A stretch of 64,000 nucleotides of DNA from a virus. Where the stretch lies: the IMG/VR virus record IMGVR_UViG_3300045988_182694, positions 5,939 to 69,938 of that record; one strand, 5' to 3'. Position 1 is the stretch's first letter. Each line of letters opens with the position of its first letter. Under the pieces are notes generated by a model. It did no database searches, was not told the origin of the DNA, and was given only the letters and a program-made list of their open reading frames with translations. Both the position numbers and the translations under genes were made by a program. This document shows, in pieces, positions 34,189-42,623 of this stretch.

Positions 34189-36246
34189 TCAGTTGCCTCC
34201 CGCGCCGATGATGGAGTCCACCATCTTACATGAACCTTTTCCTCGGTTCAACAGCTCTTTTGCATCCTTTTTAGCTTCTTCATATTCCGCCGGATACGCC
34301 ATCATAAGTGTCATGTACCGATTCCAGCCAGACTGTTCTGTGCCGAGGAAGTCTCCGGCTCCTCGAATGCGGAGGTCTGCCTCTGCGATTTCGAAGCCAT
34401 TGTTGGTCTGAACCATAGCGTTCAGGCGCTCCATGGCCGCCGGTGTGGGCGACGGGCCCGCATCCAACACGCAGTAGGACTGCACGTTGCTGCGTCCCAC
34501 ACGCCCCCGAAGCTGGTGCAGGCTGGAAAGCCCGAACCTGTCCGCGTTGACAATGACCATCATGGTAGCCGTCGGAACATTCACGCCAACCTCAACGACC
34601 GTTGTGCTGACAAGCACATCCACTTTACCGTTCTTAAAACGAGACAGAATCCCGTCCGCCTCGTCCTTCGGTGTTTTGCCGGTAATCGTTTCGATACGGA
34701 CTCCATACGGCTCCAGTACGGAACGGTATTCCTCGCTGACTTCTTCAACGGATTGCACGCCCTCCAGTTTCTCGCTCTTATCAATAAGAGGGCAGACAAC
34801 GTAGGTCTGATAGCCTTTACGCTTCTGAAGCAGGATAAATCGGAAGATTTTTTCCTTACTCGTTGCGATACCGGTAATCACCGGCAGGCGTCCATTTGGC
34901 ATCGTCTTGATGGTGTGGAGCTGTACGGTGTCTCCGTACAAGACCTGCGCCAGACTGCGAGGAATAGGCGTCGCCGACATGGTGATGGCGTGTACGCCTC
35001 CAGAGGCTTTTTCCACTAACGCAGCACGCTGGTCAACTCCGAACTTATGCTCCTCGTCCGTTACCGTAAGTGCGAGATTCTTGTATTCCACACTTTCTCC
35101 GATGATAGACTGAGTTCCAACAATGAGACTTGCATCTCCGTCCTTGATAGCGGCGAGGACTTTCTTCTTCTCGCTGGCCTTCAGGTCACTGCCGAGCCAT
35201 GCGACGTTCACGCCGAACGGCGCGGCCAACGCAGAGAGCTCCTCGTAATGCTGACGCGCCAGCACAAGCGTAGGCGCCATCACCGCTGCCTGATACCCGT
35301 TCTCGGCCATGACCATCATCATACAGAACGCCACAATGCTCTTTCCACAGCCCACGTCTCCTTGGACAAGCGCATTGATGCGATGTCCGTCTGCAGCAAA
35401 CTGTATCATGCTTTCTATGGCATCCATCTGGTCTTGCGTGAGAGAGTAGGGAAGTGAAGCCTTTATTTTCTCATACCAACCATGTGTCCGTATTGAGAAC
35501 TGGCTTCCTTTGGATATCTTTCTCGCTGCCCATTCATTTGCCATCGCAAAATAGACGAGGTCTTCCTGCAGCAGTCGGGCTTGTCCTGCTTTAATATCCT
35601 GTTCGGAAGAAGGAAAGTGTAGCATTTTGAGGGAAGTCCAGAAGCTCTGTAATCCCTTTTTGTCAAGGTAATCAATAGGAAGCGTTTCAATCATCCCGAT
35701 AGTCCGGTCAGATGCTTCTTGAATCTTTTCTCTCAGGTAGGCATCGCTCATCCCGCCGATTTGTGCGTAGATGGGCCGGATGCCCGGTGCTTGTCCGTAT
35801 GACGGCTCGAATATCTCCGGACCTGTCATGGTGAAGTTGTTATATTTACTATTGTATCCGACCTTGCCGGCTACATATACGGTTTCTCCAACGCAACTGG
35901 ACACCTTTCGGAACAGGTAGTTCTGTCGGAACCATGTGATGACCAGCTTTTGCCCACTCTGTGGCATCGTGCAGTAGGCAATGAGCATGGGCGTCTTGGA
36001 TGAAGTCTGAACGTATGAGCCTTTGTAGCGGAGTTCCTGTCCGAAGGACTTTACCTCATCCACTGTGACAAGGCAGGCCTGTTCAGCGCCGTCTATTAAA
36101 TAAGGAGCAAGCTGTCTGTAGTCCTTGTAGCTTTTCGGTATATACCTCAGCAGGTCTTCTGCAGAGTAGATGCCCTTTTTCTCGAATTGCTTTGCTTTCT
36201 GTGGCGTGACGCCCAGTGTTGATAGCTTGATTGTAATAATCCTCAC
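34189..36246 (-). CDS. recG: RecG-like SF2 DNA helicase (about 685 aa)
   Basis: GDVGCGKS (Walker A), DEEHKFG, MSATPIPRS, HQLRGRVGR. N-terminal LSTLGVTPQKAKQFEKKGIYSAEDLLRYIPKSYKDY is typical of RecG. The start codon is uncertain because GTG 36246 abuts GGAGG. Confidence 0.8.
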   Translation of the reverse strand: MRIITIKLSTLGVTPQKAKQFEKKGIYSAEDLLRYIPKSYKDYRQLAPYLIDGAEQACLVTVDEVKSFGQELRYKGSYVQTSSKTPMLIAYCTMPQSGQKLVITWFRQNYLFRKVSSCVGETVYVAGKVGYNSKYNNFTMTGPEIFEPSYGQAPGIRPIYAQIGGMSDAYLREKIQEASDRTIGMIETLPIDYLDKKGLQSFWTSLKMLHFPSSEQDIKAGQARLLQEDLVYFAMANEWAARKISKGSQFSIRTHGWYEKIKASLPYSLTQDQMDAIESMIQFAADGHRINALVQGDVGCGKSIVAFCMMMVMAENGYQAAVMAPTLVLARQHYEELSALAAPFGVNVAWLGSDLKASEKKKVLAAIKDGDASLIVGTQSIIGESVEYKNLALTVTDEEHKFGVDQRAALVEKASGGVHAITMSATPIPRSLAQVLYGDTVQLHTIKTMPNGRLPVITGIATSKEKIFRFILLQKRKGYQTYVVCPLIDKSEKLEGVQSVEEVSEEYRSVLEPYGVRIETITGKTPKDEADGILSRFKNGKVDVLVSTTVVEVGVNVPTATMMVIVNADRFGLSSLHQLRGRVGRSNVQSYCVLDAGPSPTPAAMERLNAMVQTNNGFEIAEADLRIRGAGDFLGTEQSGWNRYMTLMMAYPAEYEEAKKDAKELLNRGKGSCKMVDSIIGAGGN

Positions 36247-36456
36247 CTCCGTAGATGGTGAACACTTGTGCTCGGTTGGACTATTCCAGAATATTCCAAC
36301 TTGAAAATGATAACAAAAAAGTCGCTCTCTTTTATTCTGATGTCTAAAAGGAGCGGGAATTTATTTGTTTTGACCAACAATGGCTCCTTTTGGGGAAAGC
36401 GTTTTCATCTATGGGAAAACGTGGGGAAATCATTCTTGTTTGTGGGGCCATGTCCC

Positions 36457-36486
36457 ATTATAAACACGAACATAAAATTTTGTCAA
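36457..36486 (-). promoter_or_regulatory. Consensus sigma-70 promoter driving the recG operon
   Basis: Minus sense TTGACA (36481-36486), 18 nt, TATAAT (36457-36462). Two more TTGACAA boxes at 36515-36520 and 36549-36554. Confidence 0.65.
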
Positions 36487-36648
36487 GTCAAAATCGCTAC
36501 AAAATCAAAAAAATTGTCAAGTTGTTTTTATTCTCCTTCTAAATATTTTGTCAAGTCTCAAACCCAGCACCACAACTATGCTTTTTGTAGAAACGGCTGA
36601 TTTAGGCGTATGTCCTGCCGGTTAGATTTTTTGTCTTTATAATTCGAC

Positions 36649-36677
36649 TTGACATTTTCCTACGTTCGTGTTAGTAT
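36649..36677 (+). promoter_or_regulatory. Plus-strand promoter towards the tRNA cluster
   Basis: TTGACA (36649-36654), 17 nt, TAGTAT (36672-36677) preceded by TGT. A second weaker TTGACA sits at 36727-36732. Confidence 0.5.
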
Positions 36678-36865
36678 TGAACCGTGGACAGGGCAAGGAA
36701 ATCGAAGCCGCAAAGCTCGATTAGAATTGACATTTTTCTCTTTTAGGGAAGTATAAACGTCAAGATTCCTAAACCCTCTCCGGTTTTCTTCTTTCTTTTA
36801 TCAAACTCGTAAGCGCAACATAAAACCAGCCTCCTGAGGGAAGTGCGCGGAGGCTGCTTTGATAC

Positions 36866-36917
36866 CGTGCCGGCTCCGGTAGGGGAGCTTTGAATGGTTC
36901 GACTCCGTTCGGTGCGC
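36866..36917 (+). other. tRNA-like mini-element (acceptor stem, one hairpin, T-arm) or tRNA 3' remnant
   Basis: T-arm AATGG-TTCGACT-CCGTT; CGTGCCG pairs with CGGTGCG; no D or anticodon arm can be drawn. Confidence 0.3.
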
Positions 36918-37075
36918 CAACTGTTTTCACCGCTGTTGTCTTCACCTTCATCTTTTCCAATCATCAGCGGACGTGAGAACCTCTTTCTTCATCATGCAGC
37001 ACCGATTCCCCCCCCCACGGTGATGCAACACGGAGGGGTTGCGGCCATCTTAGCAGCTCCTCCGTCACCCCAAAC

Positions 37076-37169
37076 GGCGACAAGTAGCACAATAGATGGT
37101 AGTGCATCCCGCCTAAGAGAGCTCCTTGAGGGCTGTGGGATTGTGCCGGTTCGAGTCCGGTCGTCGCCC
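37076..37169 (+). other. tRNA-like element, 94 nt, no clean anticodon arm
   Basis: GGCGACA/CGTCGCC acceptor; T-arm GCCGG-TTCGAGT-CCGGT; GCAC/GTGC D-like stem. The rest does not fold as a canonical tRNA by hand. Confidence 0.25.
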
Positions 37170-37266
37170 TTACCATCCTCAACCGAGGATGTGCCTTAAC
37201 GGGGAGAATTTGGGCTTGGGCGACGTTGGTAAGGCCGCCGCCCAGCCTTAATTCTTCAAACCACAT

Positions 37267-37344
37267 GATGGCGTAGCATAATGGTAATGCCGTGCCTCTC
37301 TCACAGACAACGTTATGCTGGTTCGACCCCAGCCGCCATTGCCA
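37267..37344 (+). tRNA. Non-canonical tRNA-like gene (best hand fold gives anticodon CUC, Glu?)
   Basis: Acceptor GATGGCG/CGCCATT, D-arm GCAT-AATGGTA-ATGC, T-arm GCTGG-TTCGACC-CCAGC, CCA encoded. The anticodon stem has a C.A mismatch and extra nucleotides. Confidence 0.35.
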
Positions 37345-37447
37345 ACCGGCGTTCCACCCACCCCGCCGGTATTCATCTCTCTTCGTTTCTCTTTCGAGAG
37401 AAGGCGGTGGCCTCCTGTACGGAGGCCGCCGCCAACTACCAAAACTT

Positions 37448-37523
37448 GCTGGTGTAGCTCAGTAGGCAGAGCGGCGCACTCGTAACGCGCAGGTCGTGGG
37501 TTCGACCCCCACCGTCAGCTCCA
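37448..37523 (+). tRNA. tRNA-Thr (anticodon CGU)
   Basis: 76-nt cloverleaf drawn by hand; anticodon loop CTCGTAA; T-loop TTCGACC; CCA encoded; A31.C39 mismatch. Confidence 0.8.
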
Positions 37524-37649
37524 ATCCACACTTTTTCTCTTTCTTTTCATTTTTATCCCCCCACTGTACGAAGCCCTCACAGACAACGCAGTTGAAAATT
37601 AAATTTCAGCCGCACCGCCTGTGGGGGCTTCACCCCATCTATCACCTAT

Positions 37650-37725
37650 GCTGCTGTAGCTCAGTAGGTAGAGCGGCGGATTTGTAACCCGCAGGTCGGG
37701 AGTTCGAGCCTCCCCAGCAGCTCCA
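37650..37725 (+). tRNA. tRNA-Thr (anticodon UGU)
   Basis: 76-nt cloverleaf; anticodon loop TTTGTAA; CCA encoded. Confidence 0.8.
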
Positions 37726-37764
37726 TTTTAATTCAACTCTACGGAGTCCAACTTCTTTACATAT

Positions 37765-37840
37765 GCGGATGTCGTCTAATTGGTGAGGCACCGGCCCTCC
37801 AAGCCGGTCATTGCGGGTTCGAGTCCCGTCATCCGCTCCA
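37765..37840 (+). tRNA. tRNA-Gly (anticodon UCC) with C at position 33
   Basis: Perfect acceptor GCGGATG/CATCCGC; all arms canonical; anticodon loop CCTCCAA (C32 C33 U34 C35 C36 A37 A38); CCA encoded. Confidence 0.7.
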
Positions 37841-37869
37841 AGGACGCCGTCGAGTGGCGTCCTTTCTTC
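37841..37869 (+). terminator. Terminator after the tRNA cluster
   Basis: AGGACGCC-GTCGAGT-GGCGTCCT followed by TTCTTC. Confidence 0.6.
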
Positions 37870-38389
37870 ATACCTGCTCGCTGTCCGTCCATTGATTCGT
37901 TGCGGAAATCGGCGTCTCTTGGACACATTCTGTTCGCCGCAAGGCCTCGCTCTTTCGCTTGAGGCTACTGCGCCGAACCGCCTCGGACAGTATCGGCGAA
38001 ATGCGAAAGTCTCCTGAAGCGTGAGAAGCGAACCGCCTGCGCCTATATGTAGGCGGTGGCGTGATAAGGGAGATACTCCGTGTTGTTTCAGCCGCCGTGA
38101 GCGGGCATCAATGACCTGTGGGCACCTGCATTGCCCATGGGCACTGGGAAGCTGGGCAAATCTTAGGCACAGAAGCTCGTAGTCAAAGCCGACCCGCCGG
38201 ACGCGGTGCGTCAGCTTTCAAATTGGGCTTTGTGGGGTCCAGTGCTCTTGCGGTTGGGTTGCCGCAGGGCCGGCAAGAAATCATTATCAGATACGGCTTG
38301 GCGAGCCGGAATTTACGCCTGTGGAGACGAAATCCGTCGGTGAAACAGGAATTTTGGGGACACCAATACTTTGAAAGGACAAAAGACTT

Positions 38390-39442
38390 ATGGCGACGAC
38401 ATTCCAAGCGTTTAAGTATCGCATTTATCCTACGGATGAACAAATCGAGGTCATCGAACGCACCTTCAAGTGCTGCCGCTTCGTGTGGAATCACTTTTTG
38501 GAGCGTACCAGCAAAATCTACGACCGCCGGCAGGAAAGTATGTCAAAGTTCGACTGCATGAAGGTTCTGACCGAGATGCGTGAGCGCTGGCCGTGGCTGG
38601 AAGATTGCGGGTGTTCCGCAGAGCGATATGCTATCGTGAATCTGTTCGAGGCGCGTAAGGCCTTCTTCCGCCGTATAAAGGCAGGGGAGAAGCCCGGTTA
38701 TCCCAAGTTTAAGAGCGCCCGTTGTCCGTCTCAGAGCTTTACTACCGCCGGAACCATCTATGTGACGGACGAGTGCATCCAAATCCCTTTCGGCAGTCAG
38801 TATCAGAAAATCAATAAGGTCAAGCGCGGCAGTGGCCGCCCCGCTGTGGGTATCCCCCGTGAGGTTACGATATCCCGTTCCTCTACCGGTAAATACTGGG
38901 CATCCGTCTGTTGCATGGTGGAGCGCGAGGAACTGCCTGTCGCCGAGGGCGAAGTCGGTATCAGCCTCGGTCTGAAGGAGCTGGCTATCGACAGCAACGG
39001 CGTACACTATGAGAACCCGAAGCATCTGAGCAAGTCCGCAAAGCGTCTTGCTCGTGAGCAGCGTCGTCTGTCCCGCAAGCAGAAGGGTTCTGCCAACTAT
39101 GAGAAGAACCGTAAGCTGGTGGCTGAAATCCATGAGCATATTGCCAACCAGCGGCGTGACTATCGACATAAAATCAGCCGCGAACTCGTCAACAGCAACC
39201 AGCTCATCGCTGTTGAAAAGGTGGCTGTCAAGTCTCTGGTTGAGGGCAACGAGCAGGCCAAGAGCATCCTCGATGCCGGCTGGTCTGAGCTGACCAGCAT
39301 GATTAAGTATAAGGCTGAGTGGGCTGGACGCACTCTGGTGGACGTAGACACAGCCACCGTAGCGCCGGAAGCCAAGCATGACGAGGCGCTGGCACAGGTC
39401 GTGCTGTCCGAAGGTCAGCGCATGGCTTCCGAGGGCTATTGA
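38390..39442 (+). CDS. tnpB: TnpB-like protein, predicted nuclease-dead and C-terminally truncated (350 aa)
   Basis: Classic N-terminus FKYRIYPTDEQ. RuvC-I reads GISLGLKELA (Ser where Asp is expected); RuvC-II Glu retained (IAVEKVAVKSL). Homology ends after AGWSELTSMIKYKAEWAGRTLVDVD. No Zn-finger or RuvC-III. Confidence 0.8.
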   Translation: MATTFQAFKYRIYPTDEQIEVIERTFKCCRFVWNHFLERTSKIYDRRQESMSKFDCMKVLTEMRERWPWLEDCGCSAERYAIVNLFEARKAFFRRIKAGEKPGYPKFKSARCPSQSFTTAGTIYVTDECIQIPFGSQYQKINKVKRGSGRPAVGIPREVTISRSSTGKYWASVCCMVEREELPVAEGEVGISLGLKELAIDSNGVHYENPKHLSKSAKRLAREQRRLSRKQKGSANYEKNRKLVAEIHEHIANQRRDYRHKISRELVNSNQLIAVEKVAVKSLVEGNEQAKSILDAGWSELTSMIKYKAEWAGRTLVDVDTATVAPEAKHDEALAQVVLSEGQRMASEGY

Positions 39443-39648
39443 AGATTTGAAGTGGGAAACCCGCAAAAAGTCTAATAGCCACAGCCACAGCGACGTATGT
39501 AAGTTTTCTCTCAGGTAGAGGCGACGGATGCACCTGCGGGTTTTCCCAGCTCGCAGCAACTGCCAAGCATACGCCAAGGCAAGGGAAACACTACCACCCC
39601 ATTGGGGTGTGCCTTAACGGAAAAAACTATGAAAGGAGATAACGTTAT
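39443..39648 (+). ncRNA. Structured non-coding region: candidate omega-RNA of IscB-2 and/or guide-RNA scaffold of the TnpB-like gene
   Basis: ORF-free 206 nt. Long-range pairing GGGAAACCCGCA...TGCGGGTTTTCCC; hairpin CACCCC-ATT-GGGGTG. Position fits both families. Confidence 0.45.
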
Positions 39649-41133
39649 ATGGACATGGTATATGTGCTTAACAAAGATGGTAAGCCTTTGATGGCAACGA
39701 CTCGTGGTGGACGTGTGCGTTATCTTCTCAAGGAGAAGAAAGCACGAGTCGTAAGTTCTACCCCGTTTACCATCCAGTTGAACTATGATACCCCTGATGC
39801 TACCCAAGACTTGATTCTTGGCATCGACCCCGGCAGGACGAACATCGGCGTAGCTGTCGTCAAGGAGGACGGCTCCTGTGTGTTCTCCGCACATCTGGAG
39901 ACTCGCAACAAGGATGTACCCCTCCTGATGAAGAAGCGTGCTGCGTTTCGGAGAAACCATCGCACGTTGGACCGGCGCAGGAAGCGCCAGCGTCGTGCGA
40001 AGGCTGCGGGAACCACCATCGCCGAGGGTTCTGTCGAGAGATTGCTCCCCGGCTATGAGAAGCCCATTATGTGCCACCATATCCGCAATAAGGAGGCGCG
40101 GTTCAATAACCGCAGCCGCCCTGCGGGTTGGTTGACACCCACGGCGAACCATCTACTGCAGACCCACATCAACTTGATTGCGAAGGTTGCAAAGTTCCTG
40201 CCTATCACAAAAGTGGTGGTGGAACTGAACCGCTTCGCTTTCATGGCGATGGATAATCCCAATATCCGTCGGTGGGAATACCAGCAGGGTCCGTTGTGCG
40301 GACTGGGCTCCGTGGAGGATGCGGTGTACGCACAGCAGGACGGACATTGCCTGTTCTGCAAGAAGCCCATTGACCATTACCATCATGTTATCCCTCGCCA
40401 TAAAAGAGGGAGTGAGACGTTGGCAAATCGGTGTGGACTTTGTGCGAAGCACCATGACCTCGTCCATACGGACAAGGCGTGGGCGGATAAGCTGGTCACA
40501 CGGAAGGAAGGTATGAATAAAAAGTACCACGCCTTGAGTGTGCTGAACCAGATTATCCCGCACCTCATGGAGTACATCGGGAGCGAGACGCTCTACGATG
40601 CCTACGCCACGGATGGTCGCTCTACCAAGGGCTTCCGAATCGCCAAGAACGTGCCGAAGGAACATTACACGGATGCCTACTGTATCGCCTGTTCCATCTT
40701 GGACACCGATATTGAGGTCTCCGCTCCTGTCGAACCCTTTGAGATGAAGCAGTTCCGCCGGCACGACCGGCAGGCTTGTATCCGCCAAATGGTTGACCGG
40801 AAGTACATTCTGGACGGCAAGGTCGTTGCAACAAACCGGCATAAGACCATTGAGCAAAAGTCCGATAGTCTTGAGGAGTTCCGCGAGGCTCACGGCAATG
40901 CTGCGGTATCGCAGCTTACCGTGAAGCCCCACCATCCCCAATGCAAGGATATGGCTCGTATCATGCCGGGGGCGGTGATGGTTTTTGATGGGGCTGTTGG
41001 CGTCTTTCAGGGCTCATCAGGACGGAACAATGGTACACCGAACTATTACAATTCTACGAAAGGAGAAAGGTTTTTAACGAGGAGCTGTGTGCTTCTCGCG
41101 CAGAACGCAGGTATGGTTTTTATCCCCGCCTGA
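39649..41133 (+). CDS. iscB: IscB RNA-guided nuclease (494 aa), catalytic motifs intact
   Basis: PLMP-like [19 protein letters not shown]; Ruv[13 protein letters not shown]; Arg-rich [16 protein letters not shown]; Ruv[11 protein letters not shown]; [19 protein letters not shown]...[14 protein letters not shown]; Ruv[24 protein letters not shown]. Confidence 0.85.
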   Translation: MDMVYVLNKDGKPLMATTRGGRVRYLLKEKKARVVSSTPFTIQLNYDTPDATQDLILGIDPGRTNIGVAVVKEDGSCVFSAHLETRNKDVPLLMKKRAAFRRNHRTLDRRRKRQRRAKAAGTTIAEGSVERLLPGYEKPIMCHHIRNKEARFNNRSRPAGWLTPTANHLLQTHINLIAKVAKFLPITKVVVELNRFAFMAMDNPNIRRWEYQQGPLCGLGSVEDAVYAQQDGHCLFCKKPIDHYHHVIPRHKRGSETLANRCGLCAKHHDLVHTDKAWADKLVTRKEGMNKKYHALSVLNQIIPHLMEYIGSETLYDAYATDGRSTKGFRIAKNVPKEHYTDAYCIACSILDTDIEVSAPVEPFEMKQFRRHDRQACIRQMVDRKYILDGKVVATNRHKTIEQKSDSLEEFREAHGNAAVSQLTVKPHHPQCKDMARIMPGAVMVFDGAVGVFQGSSGRNNGTPNYYNSTKGERFLTRSCVLLAQNAGMVFIPA

Positions 41134-41270
41134 AAACTAAGTTTTGTGGAAAAAACACATCAAATCTTAAATGCCCGCCTCCGAGCAGAAGCCTGCCTAA
41201 AGCCCTATACCAAGTAAATAAAGTGTGCAATGATTGCACACATTGCCAAGGAAATAAAAACGAGTACGGA

Positions 41271-41394
41271 TGGTATAACCGGAATTTACGCCTGTGGAGA
41301 TGCATGGTCATCGTGGAAGCAGGAAGACTCTGTTTGCTGGATTTCACGTGAGAGGTGATGGCAGCACTTTAGGGAACTGAATATGCCTGTGTCG
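41271..41394 (+). ncRNA. Conserved structured leader L1 (extended -10 TGGTATAAC at 41271-41279) fused to array 1
   Basis: Near-identical to L2 and L3. Hairpin 41291-41323 and stem GCTGG.../...CAGC show compensatory or G.U changes between copies. Confidence 0.6.
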
Positions 41395-41815
41395 GGTGTA
41401 TAAAGCCCTGAAATAACAGGGTTGTATACCCTTCACCCCAAACACTGTCAAAGAGGCCATGGTGTATGATACCCTGAAACGACAGGGTTGTATACCATCT
41501 CCGTCAGCTTCTCGCAGCGGGCCTGCGGTGTATGATACCCTGAAACGACAGGGTTGTATACCCTATCTTAATATGAGGCGCAAAAGTGCCGTGGTGTATG
41601 ATACCCTGAAACGACAGGGTTGTATACCCCGGATGGGACGCGAGTAAGCCTCTATGTGGTGTATAAGGCCCTGAACTAACAGGGGTGTATACCAGAATAT
41701 CCCGTCCTCATCGACCGACACAAGGCGTATAAGACCCCGAAATAGCAGGGTTGTATACCAATGGCTCGTTCGGAATTTGGCATATACGGTTCTAAAATAA
41801 CGGGGGGTGTATACC
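41395..41815 (+). CRISPR. CRISPR-like array 1: 7 repeats (36 nt) and 6 spacers
   Basis: Repeat GGTGTATGATACCCTGAAACGACAGGGTTGTATACC. Repeat starts 41395, 41461, 41527, 41593, 41658, 41724 and ~41780. Spacers 30, 30, 30, 29, 30 and ~20 nt, all unique. Repeats degenerate towards the right. Confidence 0.8.
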
Positions 41816-41870
41816 GTTTGCAAATGAGTCTACATAACTATTGAAATCAAAAAGAAAGGAATATAAAAAC

Positions 41871-42449
41871 ATGGAACCTTCTATCAACCGAACCCTTACC
41901 GTCAGTGTCGTCAGCTATGGCGTCGTATCCGTCGTCAACGGAGTCATCAACGTTGACAATCAGGCTCCCATCGAGTTTCCCGCCGTGCTGGACGAGGCAT
42001 CCGCTGCCAAGCTGCTGAAGAGCAGATACGGCGGCAAGCTGTTCCCCGTGGATGCGAATATCGTCGTGTCTTCCATCCGGCACGAGAAGTGGAAGTTCTC
42101 TATGGACCTGAGCCAGTTCGTCGCTACCGCTGCCCGCAGCCGCGTGGACGGCACCGCATCCGAGGCCGACGATGCCCCCGCAGAGGACATCCCCGCCACC
42201 GAGCCTGCTGCTCCTGCGCCTGAGACGGCACCCGCTGCTTCTCCTGCTATCCCCATGCCTTTGGTCTCTGAACCTGAGGAGGATTTTGCGCCTGTAGCTC
42301 CCGAAGCGCCTGCTCCCGCCGGTGGTTTCGCTCCTGAGACCCCCGTTTCTGCGCCCGCTGCTCCCGCAAAGGAAGTCCCCTATGGCGGCAACTTCGATTT
42401 TCCCTCTGGCTTCGGTGGCGACTTCGGTTCCGGCTTCTTCGGCGGTTAA
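41871..42449 (+). CDS. Hypothetical protein with P/A-rich and FG-rich C-terminal tail (192 aa)
   Basis: ATG 41871 behind an AAAGGAA RBS. Confidence 0.65.
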   Translation: MEPSINRTLTVSVVSYGVVSVVNGVINVDNQAPIEFPAVLDEASAAKLLKSRYGGKLFPVDANIVVSSIRHEKWKFSMDLSQFVATAARSRVDGTASEADDAPAEDIPATEPAAPAPETAPAASPAIPMPLVSEPEEDFAPVAPEAPAPAGGFAPETPVSAPAAPAKEVPYGGNFDFPSGFGGDFGSGFFGG

Positions 42450-42455
42450 TAACCG

Positions 42456-42623
42456 ATGGATGTCGTGAACGTTGGACGTGGATGTCTTGATTGCATCAAT
42501 AAGGAAACTCCGACGAATAAAGAACCCTGTAAGAGCTGTTCCCGCTGGAATAGGTGGGAACCTGACGAAAAGTGTAAGGAAAAGATGGCGGTCAAAGCCG
42601 CCCGTGAAAGGACAAAGAAATGA
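42456..42623 (+). CDS. Possible small CxxC protein (55 aa)
   Basis: Not in the ORF track. CLDC...CKSC. Its stop overlaps the next ATG (ATGA); weak RBS. Confidence 0.4.
   Translation: MDVVNVGRGCLDCINKETPTNKEPCKSCSRWNRWEPDEKCKEKMAVKAARERTKK

Noticed and set aside
36268-36600. 110-aa plus-strand ORF in the recG upstream region, and the 147-aa ORF at 38118-38561.
   Set aside because: The first lies in an AT-rich promoter region full of TTGACA boxes and has no RBS. The second spans non-coding GC-rich sequence, runs out of frame into tnpB, and has Arg/Ser/Ala-biased, low-complexity composition.
37190-37201. 12-mer GTGCCTTAACGG, preceded by a hairpin both at 37190 and at 39613 (a possible solo omega-RNA remnant). 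Also the 13-mer CTCACAGACAACG at about 37288 and 37584.
   Set aside because: Exact repeats of 12-14 nt are expected by chance many times in 64 kb. There is no extended similarity around them.
37765-37840. Possibility of suppressor tRNAs or stop-codon recoding in this element.
   Set aside because: No tRNA here has a CUA, UCA or UUA anticodon. All well-supported genes close with standard stops and show no in-frame stop codons.
38543-39577. 344-aa minus-strand ORF, and the 262-aa ORF at 40153-40941.
   Set aside because: They run antisense to the TnpB-like and IscB genes, whose motif content is unambiguous.
41134-41394. A Cys-containing reading frame across L1 (..KVCNDCTHCQGNKNEYGWYNRNLRLWRC..) that might be the missing TnpB zinc-finger C-terminus displaced by the IscB insertion.
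   Set aside because: The same frame has a stop (AAT TAA CGC) in L2 and L3. Conservation between copies follows RNA pairing, not codons.
41459-41647. 62-aa ORF with the repeated peptide VYDTLKRQGCIP.
   Set aside because: It is the translation of CRISPR-like repeats R2-R4. The periodic peptide is an artefact of the 66-nt repeat period.
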